Notes: a model not told the origin generated them from the letters alone. A stretch of 62,326 nt of DNA, filler included, from 9 parts of 9 records of this genome joined end to end with filler, not necessarily neighbours in it, one strand, 5' to 3'. Positions 1 to 13,100 are shown, numbered from the whole stretch's first letter. Program-made: numbers and translations.

Positions 1-76
1 TGTCCATGAGGCACCTCAAGCACCCACAAGGTTATTCACAGAACCGGGATATACACAGTCACCGGTACATTAGACT

Positions 77-1210
77 TCATGTATATACAAACATATCTAA
101 CATCTCATCAATCGCACTAACATTGTCCGCCGACACTTGCGTCGAATTCTGGCACCTGCCGCTGATCGCAGGCACCTCGGTACCGTTTTTGAGTGCGATC
201 TTTGGTGTGAATACCCTGGTGGTGTTTGACACATTTTTGGGGAGAAACGCGAGGCCGTTGGCGCATTCCGTGCAATCATCAGCTCTCTCGCCAGTACATT
301 TGTCCTTTGCGCACGATCCATGGCAATGCAGGCACATTCCGAACGGTTGCCCATGCCGCTCGCCCATTTTGACAAGGGTAACGTTCACATCACATGCAGT
401 GCAGTCTCCAGATCTCGGGCCCACGCACTTGGCTGTCGCACAGTTATCTTCACATTTATGACAAAACCCCCACGGCTGCTTTGCATCCTTGGCTGCATCA
501 GCCACCACAAAGGCACGACTTCTATGGCACTCGGTACACTGATCGGGTCCCTCGCCCACACACTTGAGGGGCGAGCAGACCGCTGGGCATTCGATGCACG
601 ACCCATGCGACTTGTTAGGCTCGGGGAGCAGCACCCTACCGGCCACACACTCAGTGCAGTCCCGGCTGCCTTGCCCGATACACTTTTGGTGGGCACAGGT
701 GTCCGCGCAGACCATACAATTACCGTAACTCTTGTTTGGAAGCGGCACCAGCACTCGGCCGGGACCGCAGGCGGTGCACTGATTGTCCAGTTCACCGGCG
801 CAACGCCCCGTTTTGCACGCCTCGCTGCAGGCCAGGCAGCGGCCGGAGTCGGCCCCGGGCTCGGTGACCAGCGCCCGCCCCTCCCCGCACCCAAGGCACT
901 GGTCCCCGCCCGGCCCGACGCAGCGGCCGGGCGCGCAGATTGCGTGGCATCGGCCGCACACCCCCTTGCCGCCGGCCTGGCCGATCAGACTGTGCGGAGG
1001 GTCACAGCCGGTGCAGTCGTCGACTAGGGGGCCCTCACAGGCCCCTGGGCGGCAGCTAGAGTGGCAAGTCTTGTTCCCGACGAGTGCCACCGGGATGGGT
1101 GAGTCGGCGGCCTGCGCCCCCTCCAGCGACGCCACGTCATCCGCCGGATTGCCCGCGACCACGGCCAGCCACCAGCACGCCGCCACCACCCAAGCCCGCC
1201 GCCTCGGCAT
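77..1210 (-). CDS. Secreted/surface furin-like Cys-rich repeat protein (CHxxC..C.G...DQC..C repeats, VSP/PCSK5-repeat-like)
   Basis: Signal-like N-terminus (MPRRRAWVVAACWWLAVVAG) and about 7 tandem ~39-aa repeats such as CHAICAPGRCVGPGGDQCLGC. The 3' end may continue by splicing past the window start. Confidence 0.7.
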   Translation of the reverse strand: MPRRRAWVVAACWWLAVVAGNPADDVASLEGAQAADSPIPVALVGNKTCHSSCRPGACEGPLVDDCTGCDPPHSLIGQAGGKGVCGRCHAICAPGRCVGPGGDQCLGCGEGRALVTEPGADSGRCLACSEACKTGRCAGELDNQCTACGPGRVLVPLPNKSYGNCMVCADTCAHQKCIGQGSRDCTECVAGRVLLPEPNKSHGSCIECPAVCSPLKCVGEGPDQCTECHRSRAFVVADAAKDAKQPWGFCHKCEDNCATAKCVGPRSGDCTACDVNVTLVKMGERHGQPFGMCLHCHGSCAKDKCTGERADDCTECANGLAFLPKNVSNTTRVFTPKIALKNGTEVPAISGRCQNSTQVSADNVSAIDEMLDMFVYT

Positions 1211-1268
1211 CTCCCTGATCACCCTTGGTGAGGCCTCCAACCGCAAGCATTTTATTTGGCCGGGCAGA

Positions 1269-3500
1269 TGCCAGCGGCTCGGGGGTGGTGGTGGTGCTCG
1301 AGGACGGGCAGACGGTACTTCTGGTAGAGCTGATTGACGCTCCGCAACAGGCTGATACCCTACGTGGCGTCAGCCTGTGCGTCCATCGGATGCAATCAAT
1401 GTCCCTGACCCCACGTGGCTGCCAGGGTGTCTCACAGACTCCGCAGTCCTGAGCAGTCTCACCTGCGTCGCTTGTCGGATTTTTCTGGACCGCGGCAAGC
1501 TGAGAGACAGGTGCGCAATGTTGGTGGCCAGGCTGTGACGGCTCGGGCCGGATGGTGAAGCAACTGGACCGGCTGCTCCGGGCGGTCCGGCTGGTGCACG
1601 TCGCCTTCGACAACCCGGACGGCTGCGCGCTCTGCGGCGGAGGGCCCACTCGGCTGTGGCGGTGCGGGTACCGGTACTGTAATGCCTGCAGCACAGGAGC
1701 TCCAGGCGGCCCAGCGGATGAGGGGGCCCACGAGGCTGCGCTGTGCGCCCCCGCCGCCGGCCGGTCGAGCCCAGGGGCAGGCCGCCCCCGCCCGACCCAG
1801 AGAGCGTCTGGGCGCCGCCGAAGGCTGACGAGTGTCCGTTGCTGGCTGAGGCGCGCACCGGCGGGCTCTGAGGGCGATCCGGGGGGCAGGTGGCCAGGCT
1901 GGCGGGGGAGAAGCTGCCAGGGCTGCTCAAGCCGGCCGCCTGCATGAAGAAGGTGCTCGCCTCGTCTATATTTAGAAACCGCCTCCGGGGGCCGACAGTG
2001 CGGGGCAGTGGGCGGAGGGGCGGGGCGCTTTCATACCCGGTGCGCCTGCCGGGCTCAGTCGGCGAGTCGACCGGGCAGCGGAGGAGGCGCAGACAGTGGC
2101 GCTCGAGATGCGGCTGCTCGGCCGGCAGGAGACCATGGAGGTCTCTGTCGTGTGTTGAGCTGGTGGTTCAGGTGGTATCAAGGGAGCTGCTGGCGCTCTG
2201 CGTTAAGGCTCTCGAGCAGCTACCAAAGCTGCTGCCAGACGCCGGGGTGTCCGAGCCCTACCTGGTGATCGGGTTCAACCTGGCGATGGTGGTCTCACGA
2301 GCCCAGGTATCGCAGCCTCGCAGCCGCTGGGCTCAGCCCCGGGGCACAGGGCCAGCTGTCGCCGGAGCGAATAACGGAAACAGCCGACGGTGGATGCCGT
2401 TAGCTGGCTGGGGCGGCAGCTCGGGGCAGCGGTGGTGCGTATCTGGCAGCGGTCCGTTGACGACACACCAGTAGAGGCGCTGGAAGCTGCTGTGAACCTT
2501 TATAGTCTGATCGCTTTTGAGATTTTCTGGGCAGATTTTGGAGCTAGCCAGTCGGGTGTGCGACCCGATGACTGCCAAACGGCCTTTTATTGTGGCGCTC
2601 AAAGGCCAGCAGGCTGGGGTGGCCAAGGTGCTGCAGAAGATGGGCGTCCCGGTGAGTGTTGACTTAACGCTCGTTTAATATCGACCGAACCGCCGGCCTG
2701 AGAGTCATCTGTAGGCGCATTACGAGGAGAGCTTCACACAGTGCTGCCAGGCGTGCGTGACAGGTCTATAAATAGACGTGCCCAGGGTGCCGGACCGAGG
2801 GGGCAGCTGCGACGGGAGACTGGCCGGTGGAGCAAGTGGTGGCGGTGCTGCGGCAGGTGGAAGAGGTCTCGCTGCTCGCCCACCAGACCAAGGCGAGGCC
2901 GCAACTAACGGAATAATCATAATCATAATCATAACGGCGACTAGCCTGAGCTGGGATTAGGTGCTGATGTTTCCGCACCCGACAGAGGCCAAGAAGAAGC
3001 TCCGCCGGTTCAAAACTGCGCTAATGGAGCTGGTCAGGTCCGTTAGGACTGTGCTATTAATAGATTAGCGGCCGCAGCTCGCTGGACATCCAGCTGGAGC
3101 TCTCTGCTAACGAGTCAACGGACGTCTCAACGTTCTCGCCGCACTCTATGAGCACCACGAGTCGTTCGGCGATCTCGGGAGACGAGGCAGTTTCTAAATA
3201 TAGACGAGGCCCTGACAACGGACCGTCAGGTGGCCAACGCCGAGAAGCAGATCGCCACATATTTCCCGCGGTTTGATTATGAAGGAGATGGAGTGTTAAG
3301 GGATCTCGACGACGTGAGGATGCTGGTCACGTCGCTGTGTGTTAAGGTGACGCTTATTAATAAGCAATCTAATCTGATCAGCTGAGACCGGCTGCAGTTA
3401 AACTTGCCCGGGGATCTGGAGGAGATGAACCAGTTGATGCCAAATCAGGCCAGCACCCCGCCATCCGGCTGGACTCTTCCAGGGTTCCGCAGCTGGTGAG
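1269..3500 (+). CDS. Multi-exon hypothetical protein (helical, possibly HEAT/ARM-like); boundaries uncertain
   Basis: Successive coding-like segments (VKQLDRLLRAVRLVHVAFD; VVSRELLALCVKALEQLPKLL; EALEAAVNLYSLIAFEIFW; EAKKKLRRFKTALMEL) separated by short GT..AG blocks. No recognisable family. Confidence 0.35.
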
Positions 3501-3801
3501 CCCGACATGTCGGCCCGATATTAATTTTAATTACTTCAATGCAGGTTCCTCAGTCAGTTTAATCATAAGCTCGGAGGATTCTCGCCGTACTCGAGCCCGG
3601 CGGTCACGCCGGGTGGCTTGTCGGGCGTCGGGGCGGGCTGATGTCTGGCAGGTGGCACGCCGTCGACCTCACCCAGGAGGGGCAGCCTCAGCGCGCCGCC
3701 GGCCGCGCCGCCCGAGGCCGACTTGGAACTATAACCAATTAATTAACTAATTAATCATTAAACAGGCGGTTGCTGTTACAATGTTTGTAATTAATACGGG
3801 C

Positions 3802-4535
3802 TCAATCCACAGGCTCCGCCTCTTGGGCGTCAGCAGGCCTGCCTGCGAACGCGCCTGCGATAGCCGCGAGTCCCGCAGTGTCAGGCAACTGACTCTGCTG
3901 CTCTAGCCGGGCAGTGTTCCGTTGCAACTGGGCGATCGCGCCGAGCTCGTCCATCTCCTCCGGCTCCAGCTCGCCCTCACCCACCCCCAGCGCCGCCAGC
4001 ATCGCCCGCCGCCGATGCGCCGCAGCGATCATCGCGCAATCCGCCACCGCCGTCTTCCCGCACTGCCCCGCCCCTCGCGCCCCGTGCCCGCCTGGTCGGG
4101 CACACCACGTCGCGCACGTCTGTCCGAGCGCCGAGCTCCACCAGCTTGGCCGCCGCCTTCACCCGACTGCCCCTGGCCTCCGCCCCGGCCCGGCCACCCC
4201 GCACCCGTTGGCCACCGCCAGGTGGAGGGCCGTCTGGCCGTACTGGTTGGCGCAGTTGACGCTGACCCCCTCGGCCGCCAGCCGCGCGAGCTCAGCCACG
4301 TCCCCGTCCTGCCGGGGGTTGGGGGGGGGGGCGGCGGGGGCGGGGGTACCTGGCCGCATTCGAGCAGCTGGTCCTCACGAGGGCTGGGAAGGCGGGTCTT
4401 GGCCTGGTGCACCGCCGCCGCGGCCTTGGCCTTCTGGTCCACCAGCCGGGTCAGCTCGAGCAGCGACATGTCAGCCTCCGACGCCTTTCCCGTGGCGACA
4501 GCAGCTGCGTCCGCCTCCCCAGTGCCATCCAGCAT
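3802..4535 (-). CDS. Ankyrin-repeat protein (multi-exon)
   Basis: Spliced reading CGQ|DGDVAELARLAAEGVSVNCANQYGQTALHLAVANG|...KLVELGARTDVRD contains the canonical ankyrin GxTALHLA motif. First intron is GTACCCCC..CGGCAG. Confidence 0.75.
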
Positions 4536-4602
4536 CGCTGAATAAAAGAATAAAAAATAAAACCAGAGAAATCGGGCTTTGGCCGTTGTGCTCGAGGCCT
4601 AG

Positions 4603-6631
4603 ATGGCACAGGCGCGCGCTGCGTACCGAACGATGGAGCCGGGCGCGGCCGCTCAGGCGGCGTCGAGCCAGGCAGACCTGCGGGAGAAGCAGCACCAGCT
4701 GGTCCGGCGCCAACAGGACGCCGCGCTCGATGCGTCGTCCGGGGTCCTGGAGGACCAGGTAGCCCCCCCTCGGAGGCGCCCGGGCTCACGAGCCGCGCAG
4801 CATCTATGGGACACCCGGATGCGGCACCTGTCGGCGCTGTGCCGGCACAGCGGGAACACCGCCCCAGTCTCGTTCTACGGGCTCCGCAGGGTGGGCGGGC
4901 CTTGCCCAGCCAGCTCAGCATGGGGGTAGGTCTGCGGCCTCGCCCCGATCGAGCGTGAGGACTACGATATCATCCGCGTCGAGGTGCCCACCCTGAGGGG
5001 GGGGGGGGACGAGTCCGTTGGGCAGGTGAAGCAGCTGGTCGACTCGATGGACTCGATCGTCCGACAGTGGAAGACCACCGACGAGAAGCTGCTCTCCGGA
5101 AAGAACAAAGAACTGGTCCCCTTCGGCCCCCGAGCCGCCGGGATCGAGCCCCGGGGCAGGGTCAGATCCGGACGCTCGCCTCGACCTACACCGCCTGCCG
5201 TGACGAGTTGGACCAAACAGAGGCCCAACTGGCTGCTGTCGCGAGGGCGAACAAGGAACTGGCAGTCGCGTTAGAAGGCCAAGAAAGCAAGAAGCAACAG
5301 GCCCTGCTGTCGCGGGACGAGGCCCGGGCGGCGGTGAACACAAACATGCGGATTTACAGTGAGTGCGCCCGCCGGGCCCGGTAGATGAGTCGGGATGGCA
5401 GATGCGATGGAGCGGGAGGCGATCGACCAGCGGTACGACGAGCAGATAAGGAGCAACAGGTGCCGCAGGAGCGAGGGGGGGCTGACGGCCGTGCAGGATA
5501 ATCGAGGCACAGATGGCCGAGCTTCTGGAACATCAAAAACTGGTGAGTAAAGCCCCGAGCTGCAGCCCGAAACCAGCATCGCGTGCTGGACTCGAATAAT
5601 ATTAAGAATAATAATAATTAATAAGTCCCGGTGGCTCATCCCGGGCGCAGATCGCCAAGCTGCGGAACCAAATTGCCGAGGCCGCTGCCGCAGCCGAGTC
5701 CAAGCAGGCCACTCTCCAGGCTCAAGTTGCCTCCCTCGAAGCAGAGAAATCCGGGCTTTCGAGCGAACTGTCCGCACTCGGCGCGCAGATGGCGGCAGAG
5801 GCTAAGGCGGCCGCCGAGAAGCTGGCCCAGGAGAGCTCACGGGCCGACGCCGCCGAGCAGTCTGCTGCTGGGTTGCAACAGGAGCTGGCGCAGCTGACCC
5901 AACGGGCGGATGCCGACCGGAAGGAGGCTGCGGCCAAGCTGCAGGCAGCCGAGGAGGCGGCGGCGGGTGCGGCGGCGGCGGCAGCGGCCAAGCTCAAGCA
6001 GAGCCAGAGCGAGACTGAGGCTGCCAAAGCGCGCGGCGACAAGCTGACGAGCGAGCTGTCTGCAGCTCGGAGTGAGTGCGACAGAGTGAGCGCGAGCTTG
6101 CAGGCTGTGACCGAGCAGCTCAAGGTAACGGAATATAACGGCAACTGTCTGACTGTGACGGCAGGCTGCTGAGCTCAAGGTCGAGGAGACGGCGGCTGCA
6201 GCTGTGGCTGAGAGGCGAGCGCTTACTGCTGACAAACTCTCGCTGACCACTCAGAAGCGAGAGCTGGCGGCTGCGGCCGAGGCGGCTCAGGTGGGCGCAG
6301 GCCAGGAGCTGGGTGTGACCCTTGGCAGGCGGCGCAGGCGGCGGCTGAGGCGGCCAAGGCCGAGGCCGAAGCGAGCTGCGAGGCTGAGCTGGCGACTATG
6401 CGAGGCAAGCTGGCTGAGGCAGAGGCTCATGCCCTGGACGCCAAGGTGTGTGAGGAGCAGGGGCGGGGGGTGACGGGTGGGGGCAGGCCCGTATGGACAA
6501 AGAGATCACTAAGAGAACGAACGCGCAGCTGCAGTCACAGGCGGAGCACGCGTTTTTCAAGGCTTCGGAAGAAAGTCAAGTGTTTGATAAAATTCCACAG
6601 GTGCGTGGGGTGTGTGTGGGGGGGGGGGGAA
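4603..6631 (+). CDS. Long Ala/Glu/Lys-rich coiled-coil protein, multi-exon, 3'-truncated by the contig end
   Basis: Heptad-rich exons (QADLREKQHQLVRRQQ; ACRDELDQTEAQLAAV; AAEAKAAAEKLAQE) separated by short GT-AG introns. Confidence 0.55.
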
Positions 6632-6731
6632 NNNNNNNNNNNNNNNNNNNNNNNNNNNNNNNNNNNNNNNNNNNNTTAATTAATTAANNNNNNNNNNNNN
6701 NNNNNNNNNNNNNNNNNNNNNNNNNNNNNNN
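6632..6731. other. Artificial contig linker (N44-TTAATTAATTAA-N44)
   Basis: Fixed 100-nt spacer with stops in all six frames, identical at all 8 junctions. Confidence 0.99.
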
Positions 6732-6764
6732 CCCCCCCCCCCCCCCCTCCTAAGCCGCGCAGTC

Positions 6765-7079
6765 TCACATGACTGCGCAATCTCTGAACCCGACCGTCGC
6801 CCCTCGGATCCTATTCATCTTGCCGCAGCCCCGGCATCGCCAGCTCGGCGCGCCGGGGGGCAGCGGGTACGGCACTCCGCAGAAGGCGCACGGGGTAGGA
6901 TGCACAGCCAGGGCGGTGGGCGCAGGGCCGGCGGACACCGGCTGGGCCAGCACCGGCTGGTGGGCCGCAGGGTGGTACGGCGGGGGCGGGGCCATGGTCG
7001 GGTGCGCCGGTACCGCATGGGCCGTGTACACCGGGGTGCTCTCCTCTGACTTGTTCAGCGAGAGCTTGTCATCAGACAT
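6765..7079 (-). CDS. Small Pro-rich zinc-ribbon protein with C-terminal CaaX box
   Basis: MSDDKLSL... PPPPY, CAFC..CRGC (two CxxC) and terminal CAVM-stop. Head-to-head with the ABCA gene. Confidence 0.6.
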   Translation of the reverse strand: MSDDKLSLNKSEESTPVYTAHAVPAHPTMAPPPPYHPAAHQPVLAQPVSAGPAPTALAVHPTPCAFCGVPYPLPPGAPSWRCRGCGKMNRIRGATVGFRDCAVM

Positions 7080-7197
7080 GGCCCTCTCTCTACTGCTTTG
7101 GAAACGGACGGCGTCACTCAGACTGCAACGCGGACCCGGCAACCACGACCGGGCGCTGATAGCACCAGCGCGGAGGCTGTATCAGCCGGTGCCGCAG

Positions 7198-10100
7198 ATG
7201 AGCCGGGACCCGGCCAGCGAGCGCCCCCCTCGAGCGGGCGGGCAGCTTCCGCCTGCCCGCGCCCATCAGCTCAAAGCAGGGGCCTGCGCGCAGCTCCGGC
7301 TGCTGATGTGGAAGGCCTTCAAGCTCAAAAGCCGGCAGAAGGGGGCCTCGTGCGCCGAGATGCTGCTCCCGATCGGCTTCTTCTGGCTGCTCGCCTTCCT
7401 CAACGTGTCGCTGGTCCGCCCGATCCACGAGCCCAGCCAGAGCCAGTTCCTAGGCACCGCCGGTAACGCAAACTGGCTCTCGCCGTTTATTGCCTACCAA
7501 TTGACCGGCGGCCGGGTCCTATTCGCCCAGGGCTCCTCCGCGGAAGAGGCACCCGCCGCCCTCGACCGGCTCTGTAATAAGGCTTACCGGCTCGGCCTGT
7601 CCGCGCAGCAGACGGCTGCGGGCAAGCTGGCGGTCGAGGGGTTCGTGCGCGCGGCGATGGCGCAGGCCAATCTGACCCAGGAGCGGCTGGCGGGCGGGGT
7701 GGAGCACCCGGTCTGCCAACGGTGGGACCCGGACATCCAGCCGCATGGAGTGATGTTTGACTCGGCTGCGGAGATGGAAAGCTTTGTGATGCAGCGTGCA
7801 GGCCGCCGTAATGAAATGCTGATCAGCGCGCTGTGTGGGCCGCCCGAGAGCCCAAATGTGACCTCCTCCGACGCGGTGGGGTGTGTGGCGGCTCAGTGCG
7901 CCGGTGAGTTCGATCAGTGTGCTGTGGCTCCCGATTGCATGATTGGCATGCGGTGCATGCAGGGCTGTGAGGCTAATGCCAGCTGTACTGTCATGTGCGG
8001 GCTGAAGCACAGGGCATCGGCGGAATTCGTCGAGGCGGTGTCGTGTGGGCTGCGGGAGGGCTGCTGGACATCCGTGCGCGGGGCCGATAGTGATGATGGC
8101 AACGACGATGCAGCCGGTGAGGAAGACGACATCCCCGGTGACTTCAACGCTGGCTGTCTCTTGGCCCAGGCTATGATCAGCCAGTACACGGGTGTGGTGC
8201 TGCATAGTCCCGGCCCGCATTGGGCTTACACGATCAGGACTAATTCTACCCAGCTAGGCTCTGGATCCAGTATCGCCCGGGGCCTCGTCACCAACATGCC
8301 CAGTACCACCACACTAGTCAGGCCATTCATGCCTGGCGCGTCGGACGGCTGGCGTGGATATGCGATCAGTGGCTTCGTGTGGCTCCAAAATCTGATCAAC
8401 TCGGCCATCCTGGACGACGCAGGCTCGTCAGGCTCCGAGGGGTCTGGCTCTTACACAGCCTTCCCCACCCCTTCATACGTTGTTAACCAGTTCATTCGTG
8501 TGCTGTTTCCAGTATCTGGCGGCTCGTTTGCGGGCTTCCTGCTCCAGTGCTTCTTCGTTATCTCTATCGGTCAACTGACCAAGGGGATTGTTACTGAGAA
8601 GGAGAAGCGGATCCGCGAGGGGCTCGCGACTATGGGGCTCAACACCTCTGTATATTGGCTGCACTGGATACTATTGTATGTCATCATATACGGGCTAATG
8701 ACCCTGCTGCTGGCCAAAGTCTGCACGTGGGGTCTCTTCACGTACAGCTCCTTTTGGCTGCTAGCTGTTTTCTTCCTGCTCTATCTACTGACTTTGCTGA
8801 CCTTTGGGCTGCTCATGTCAGTGTTTTTCACTCGAGCTAACGCGGCAGCTACAGTGGCCATGATTGTCAACCTCTCGCTGTTCTTCGTATGCAGTCTCAA
8901 GACCGATTCGCACTTGAGCAACGTCATGCTATCTCTCCTGTCCCCTGTGGCGTTCTCCAAAGGTCTCGGGGTGATTGGCACAGCAGAGGGAGGCCAAGTT
9001 GGCGTGGGGTTTGCAAACGCGTCGAATCAAGTCGGTGTAAGTGGAGCACTCACTCTTACTGAGGTTCTGGTCATGCTGGCGGTAGACGCGGTCTTGTACT
9101 TGCTTCTGGCACTATACTTTGATCAAGTGATTCCGCAAGAGTTTGGTCTCACTCAGCACCCATGTTTCTTTGTGTTCCCATCGTATTGGCGCCCTACCCG
9201 TGAGGTGATGCTCCCACAGCCCGACTCGCACAGCCAGCTCGGCGACGAGGATGATGGCATTGAGCTCGTTGAAGGCAACCCGGGCCTACAAAACTCTCCA
9301 GAAACAGTGGACCCAACCACCCCTCTTTCAATACCAATAGACATGCCATCTAGCGCAGAGAGCAAGGATGTAGAGGTGCTTACTCCAGATAGCAGCACCC
9401 ATGTAGGCATCTCGGTACAGGGGCTCAGGAAAGTATACAACACAGCTGATGGCGAACAGCGAGTGGCTGTGGCTGGTCTGGAGCTTGACTTCTTCGAGGG
9501 CCAGATCACAGTCATCCTTGGACACAATGGTGCCGGCAAGACTACCACAATTAACATGCTCACTGGAATGTGCCCGCCATCAGCCGGGGATGCTTATGTG
9601 AGTGGCTTTAGTATCTGCAACGCCATGGACGCAGTCCGGGCAAATCTTGGTGCGTGAACTCATGCTGCGGTGCTTATTGGTTGCAGGTGTCTGTCCTCAA
9701 TACGACATCCTGTTTGACCATCTTACAGTTGATGAGCACTTGCAGATGTACGCACGGCTCAAAGGCGTTCCTCGAAGAGAGATTGCCGATCAAGTGGAGG
9801 CGATCGTGCATGCTGTCGATCTTGCATACAAACGGCGTGCCTACGCTTCGGCGCTGTCAGGTCACTCCACTCTTAATACGATGCTGGTTGTTGGTCTAAC
9901 GAACTGGGTTTTAGGTGGAATGAAGCGAAAATTGTCAGTTGGGATTGCCCTCATCGGTGGATCCAAGGTTGCTTTTCTCGACGAACCGTCCAGTGGAATG
10001 GACCCCTCTTCTAGGCGGAAGATTTGGGACATGCTCAAGGAAGCCCGAGCCGGCCGGACCATTGTCCTTACGACACATTTTATGGACGAAGCAGATATCC

Positions 10101-13100
10101 TAGGAGACCGGATCGCGATCCTCTCGATCGGCAAGCTCCGAGCTGCGGGCACATCTCACTTTTTGAAGGCACGCTTTGGTGTGGGCTACACACTGACGTT
10201 GGTCAAGACCGGTGAGGATTCGGGTCAAAAGCTGCGCGAGCTTGTGCTGCTAAGTATACCGACGGCAAAAGTGGTCTCAGATGCTGGATCTGAGCTGTCC
10301 TTCGGGTTGCCCTTCGCAGCTAGCGCCGACTTTCCCAAACTCCTAAAGGAGTTTGAAACTCGACGCAAAGATCTCGGTCTCGGATCATATGGTCTCTCCG
10401 TGACTACACTCGAGGAGGTCTTCTTAAAGGTTGCTGAAGGGGAGCTCACCAGTGAAGACCCACCAATCTTTGATGACCAAGCCGACGAGCACATGCTTGC
10501 CGACCAAAATATTGAAAACAAGAACGACAGCCCAGCAGAAAGCCCGCCAGCGCCACAGAACGACACGGAGATGCTAGTCAGCTCAAGGGCCGGTGGTCGA
10601 TCAGAGAGCCGTCTTGTAGATCAAGGCGAGCTCAGGACACTATGCCGCCATGTCTATGCCCAGCTGGCCAAGCGAGGTTCTCAGGCAAGACGGGATCCTA
10701 GAAGCTGCATCTTTGTGTTTCTCATCCCAATAGCAGCGGTGGGTACTGCCCGCATTCCCAAGCTTACCCTGGTGGTTTAGGTGCTATTTGGCCTCATATT
10801 TGTGACTGTACTCGGATCGCAACTTGATGAGCCCAGTCTGCAACTCGACTTCACGAATGCCTTGCTGAAGAGCGACAACCTCTATGTCCCGGCAGTGGGC
10901 GACCTGTCCTCATCAGATAGCGACGCTCTTCAACAAGCATTGCCAAAAGTCAAGCTGACCTCCCCTGTTCCCAACACTACACCGCAGCTCCCTTGCAACG
11001 AGTCGTCCACCTACTCTCGACCCTGGGTTGCTTCAGTGGTCGAAGGTCTTCCACAGGTCAAATCCTCAACTTACGAGTACTTTGTGCGTCTAGCTAAACC
11101 CTATGTGGGGATCGCTCTGAATTGCATTTATGGTCGCTATTGCTGCATTGATGCGCATTCGGAGGAGGACACTTCAGACCGGCGTGAAGGCGAGGAATGC
11201 CTTGTTACGGACAATTCCCTGTGTTCAAGCGTCGGTAATGACTGCTGCGTCACTCGAGACAAACATCAGCACGAGGAGGCGACCTGCCGCGCCGGGTATA
11301 TTCCACAGATGACGGGGAACGGCTGCGGCAACAAAGGCAAAAGTCACGAATATCGATGCTGTAAACCTCCCGAAGAGTCAAGTTGTCCTTCTCCTGATAT
11401 GGCTGTGATACCAAGCTGCGAAGAACAATCAGAAGATGGAGATGCACTTCGTGGGATCCTGAGGCTGGACGAGCACTTGCTTGACGTCACTGGCCAGCCT
11501 GGCACGAGGCTCTCACACCTCGGGTCTCTGGTGTTCCGGGGTGAGTCTTTGGATCGCTTCACAGTTCTGCACAACACAGTGGCGCTGCATGCACTGCCAA
11601 CATGGCTTGGTGCCCTCGACAACGCACGACTCACTGCAGCCAACAGTGAACAGAGCATCACTGCTAGTAATCATCCTTGGCCCAAAACCCACAAGCAGAA
11701 AGTGAGCTTCGAGCTAGCTGCGGGGCTCCTGGTGGCGCTGCTGATCACAATGGGTCTCTGCTTTGTGCCCGCTGCGTTTACGTCTTATATTGTTCGCGAG
11801 AGGGAGCGCAAGACGATGCACCAGCAGCATGTGTCCGGGCTGAGTGTCTTCGCTTACTACTTTGGCAATCTTCTCTTTGACCTGCTCAGTTTCACAATTG
11901 CTATGATTATGATTCTAGGCCTGTTCTACCTCTTTGCCGACTACGCCCCAGCTTACACACACCATTTGAGCGAAACTTGCCTCGTTTTTGTTCTGTATGG
12001 CTTATCCTCAACTGCCTTCTCCTACGCCTTTTCCTTCTGCTTCAGTTCGTATGCATCAGCAACGGTGCTCTGCCGATGCCGCTGGTGTTTATTGCTTGTT
12101 ATCAGGTCGGAGCGCTGATGATGAACATTGTTAGTGGCTTGCTTTTCATGATAACGAGCTTCATCTTGCAAGCAATTGACGATGACACCAAGCAGGTTAA
12201 CAGTGTCCTAATCGTCTTTTTCTATCTATCGCCAGCCTTTTGTCTAGGGAACTCGCTGCTTGCCATATTTGCGTACTATGCGCTCGAAATCGTTGGAGCC
12301 GAATATGACGTGGATACAACTGAGCTGGCCAGTGACTTTGTAAACCTGTGGAACCCGCATGCGCAGCTCAACATCATCGTGCCAGTGATCTACATGACTT
12401 GTGGGTTCTTCTTTTACTTTCTGTTGTCCTTGATGCTGCAGCATTGGACCGGAGAGATTAACTGGTGTCTTTGGTGCAATCGTTCCGCCACAGACGACTT
12501 AGAGGCAATCAGCGAAGACGAAGACGTCCAGGCTGAACGCCACAGGGTAGAAAGCGGGAGTGCTATGCAAGATCCCATTGTGCTCAGCCAACTTCGGAAA
12601 GTCTACCCACCGCGACGGAATGTTGGACCAAAGGTGGCGGTTGCCAGCAGTTCTTTCGCTGTGCGGGAAGGGGAGTGCTTTGGTTTACTGGGAGTCAATG
12701 GTGCGGGCAAGACAACCACCATGGCAATGCTGACAGGGGAGTTCCGCCCAACAAGTGGTGGCGCCACTCTGGCGGGCTTTGACGTGGTAAAAGAGCGAAC
12801 CAGCGTGTATCGTAATCTTGGGGTGCGCGCCTCTTTCTCATTGCGCGATTAAGGCACTGTGCGGCAGTTCTGTCCGCAATTTGACGCTCTGTTTGAGAAA
12901 TTGACCGCAAGGGAACACCTGCAGCTCTATGCGACCATACGAGGAGTGCCGAGGGCCAAACGTGATGCCGTTATCGACCAAATCATTAGAGACCTAGACC
13001 TTGGAGAGTTCCAGAACAAGCTCGCAGGGACCTATTCTGGTACGGATTTGGGGCCGAGCGCATCGCTCAGCATGTGGTGCGTGGCAGGAGGGAACCGTCG

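Noticed and set aside
2913-2933. (ATAATC)n tract, also near 55091-55113
   Set aside because: Simple microsatellite of 3-4 units; no spacers and not telomeric or CRISPR-like.
6769-7197. 143-aa N-terminal extension of ABCA in the ORF track
   Set aside because: It is the antisense shadow of the CaaX microprotein; ABCA homology begins after ATG 7198.
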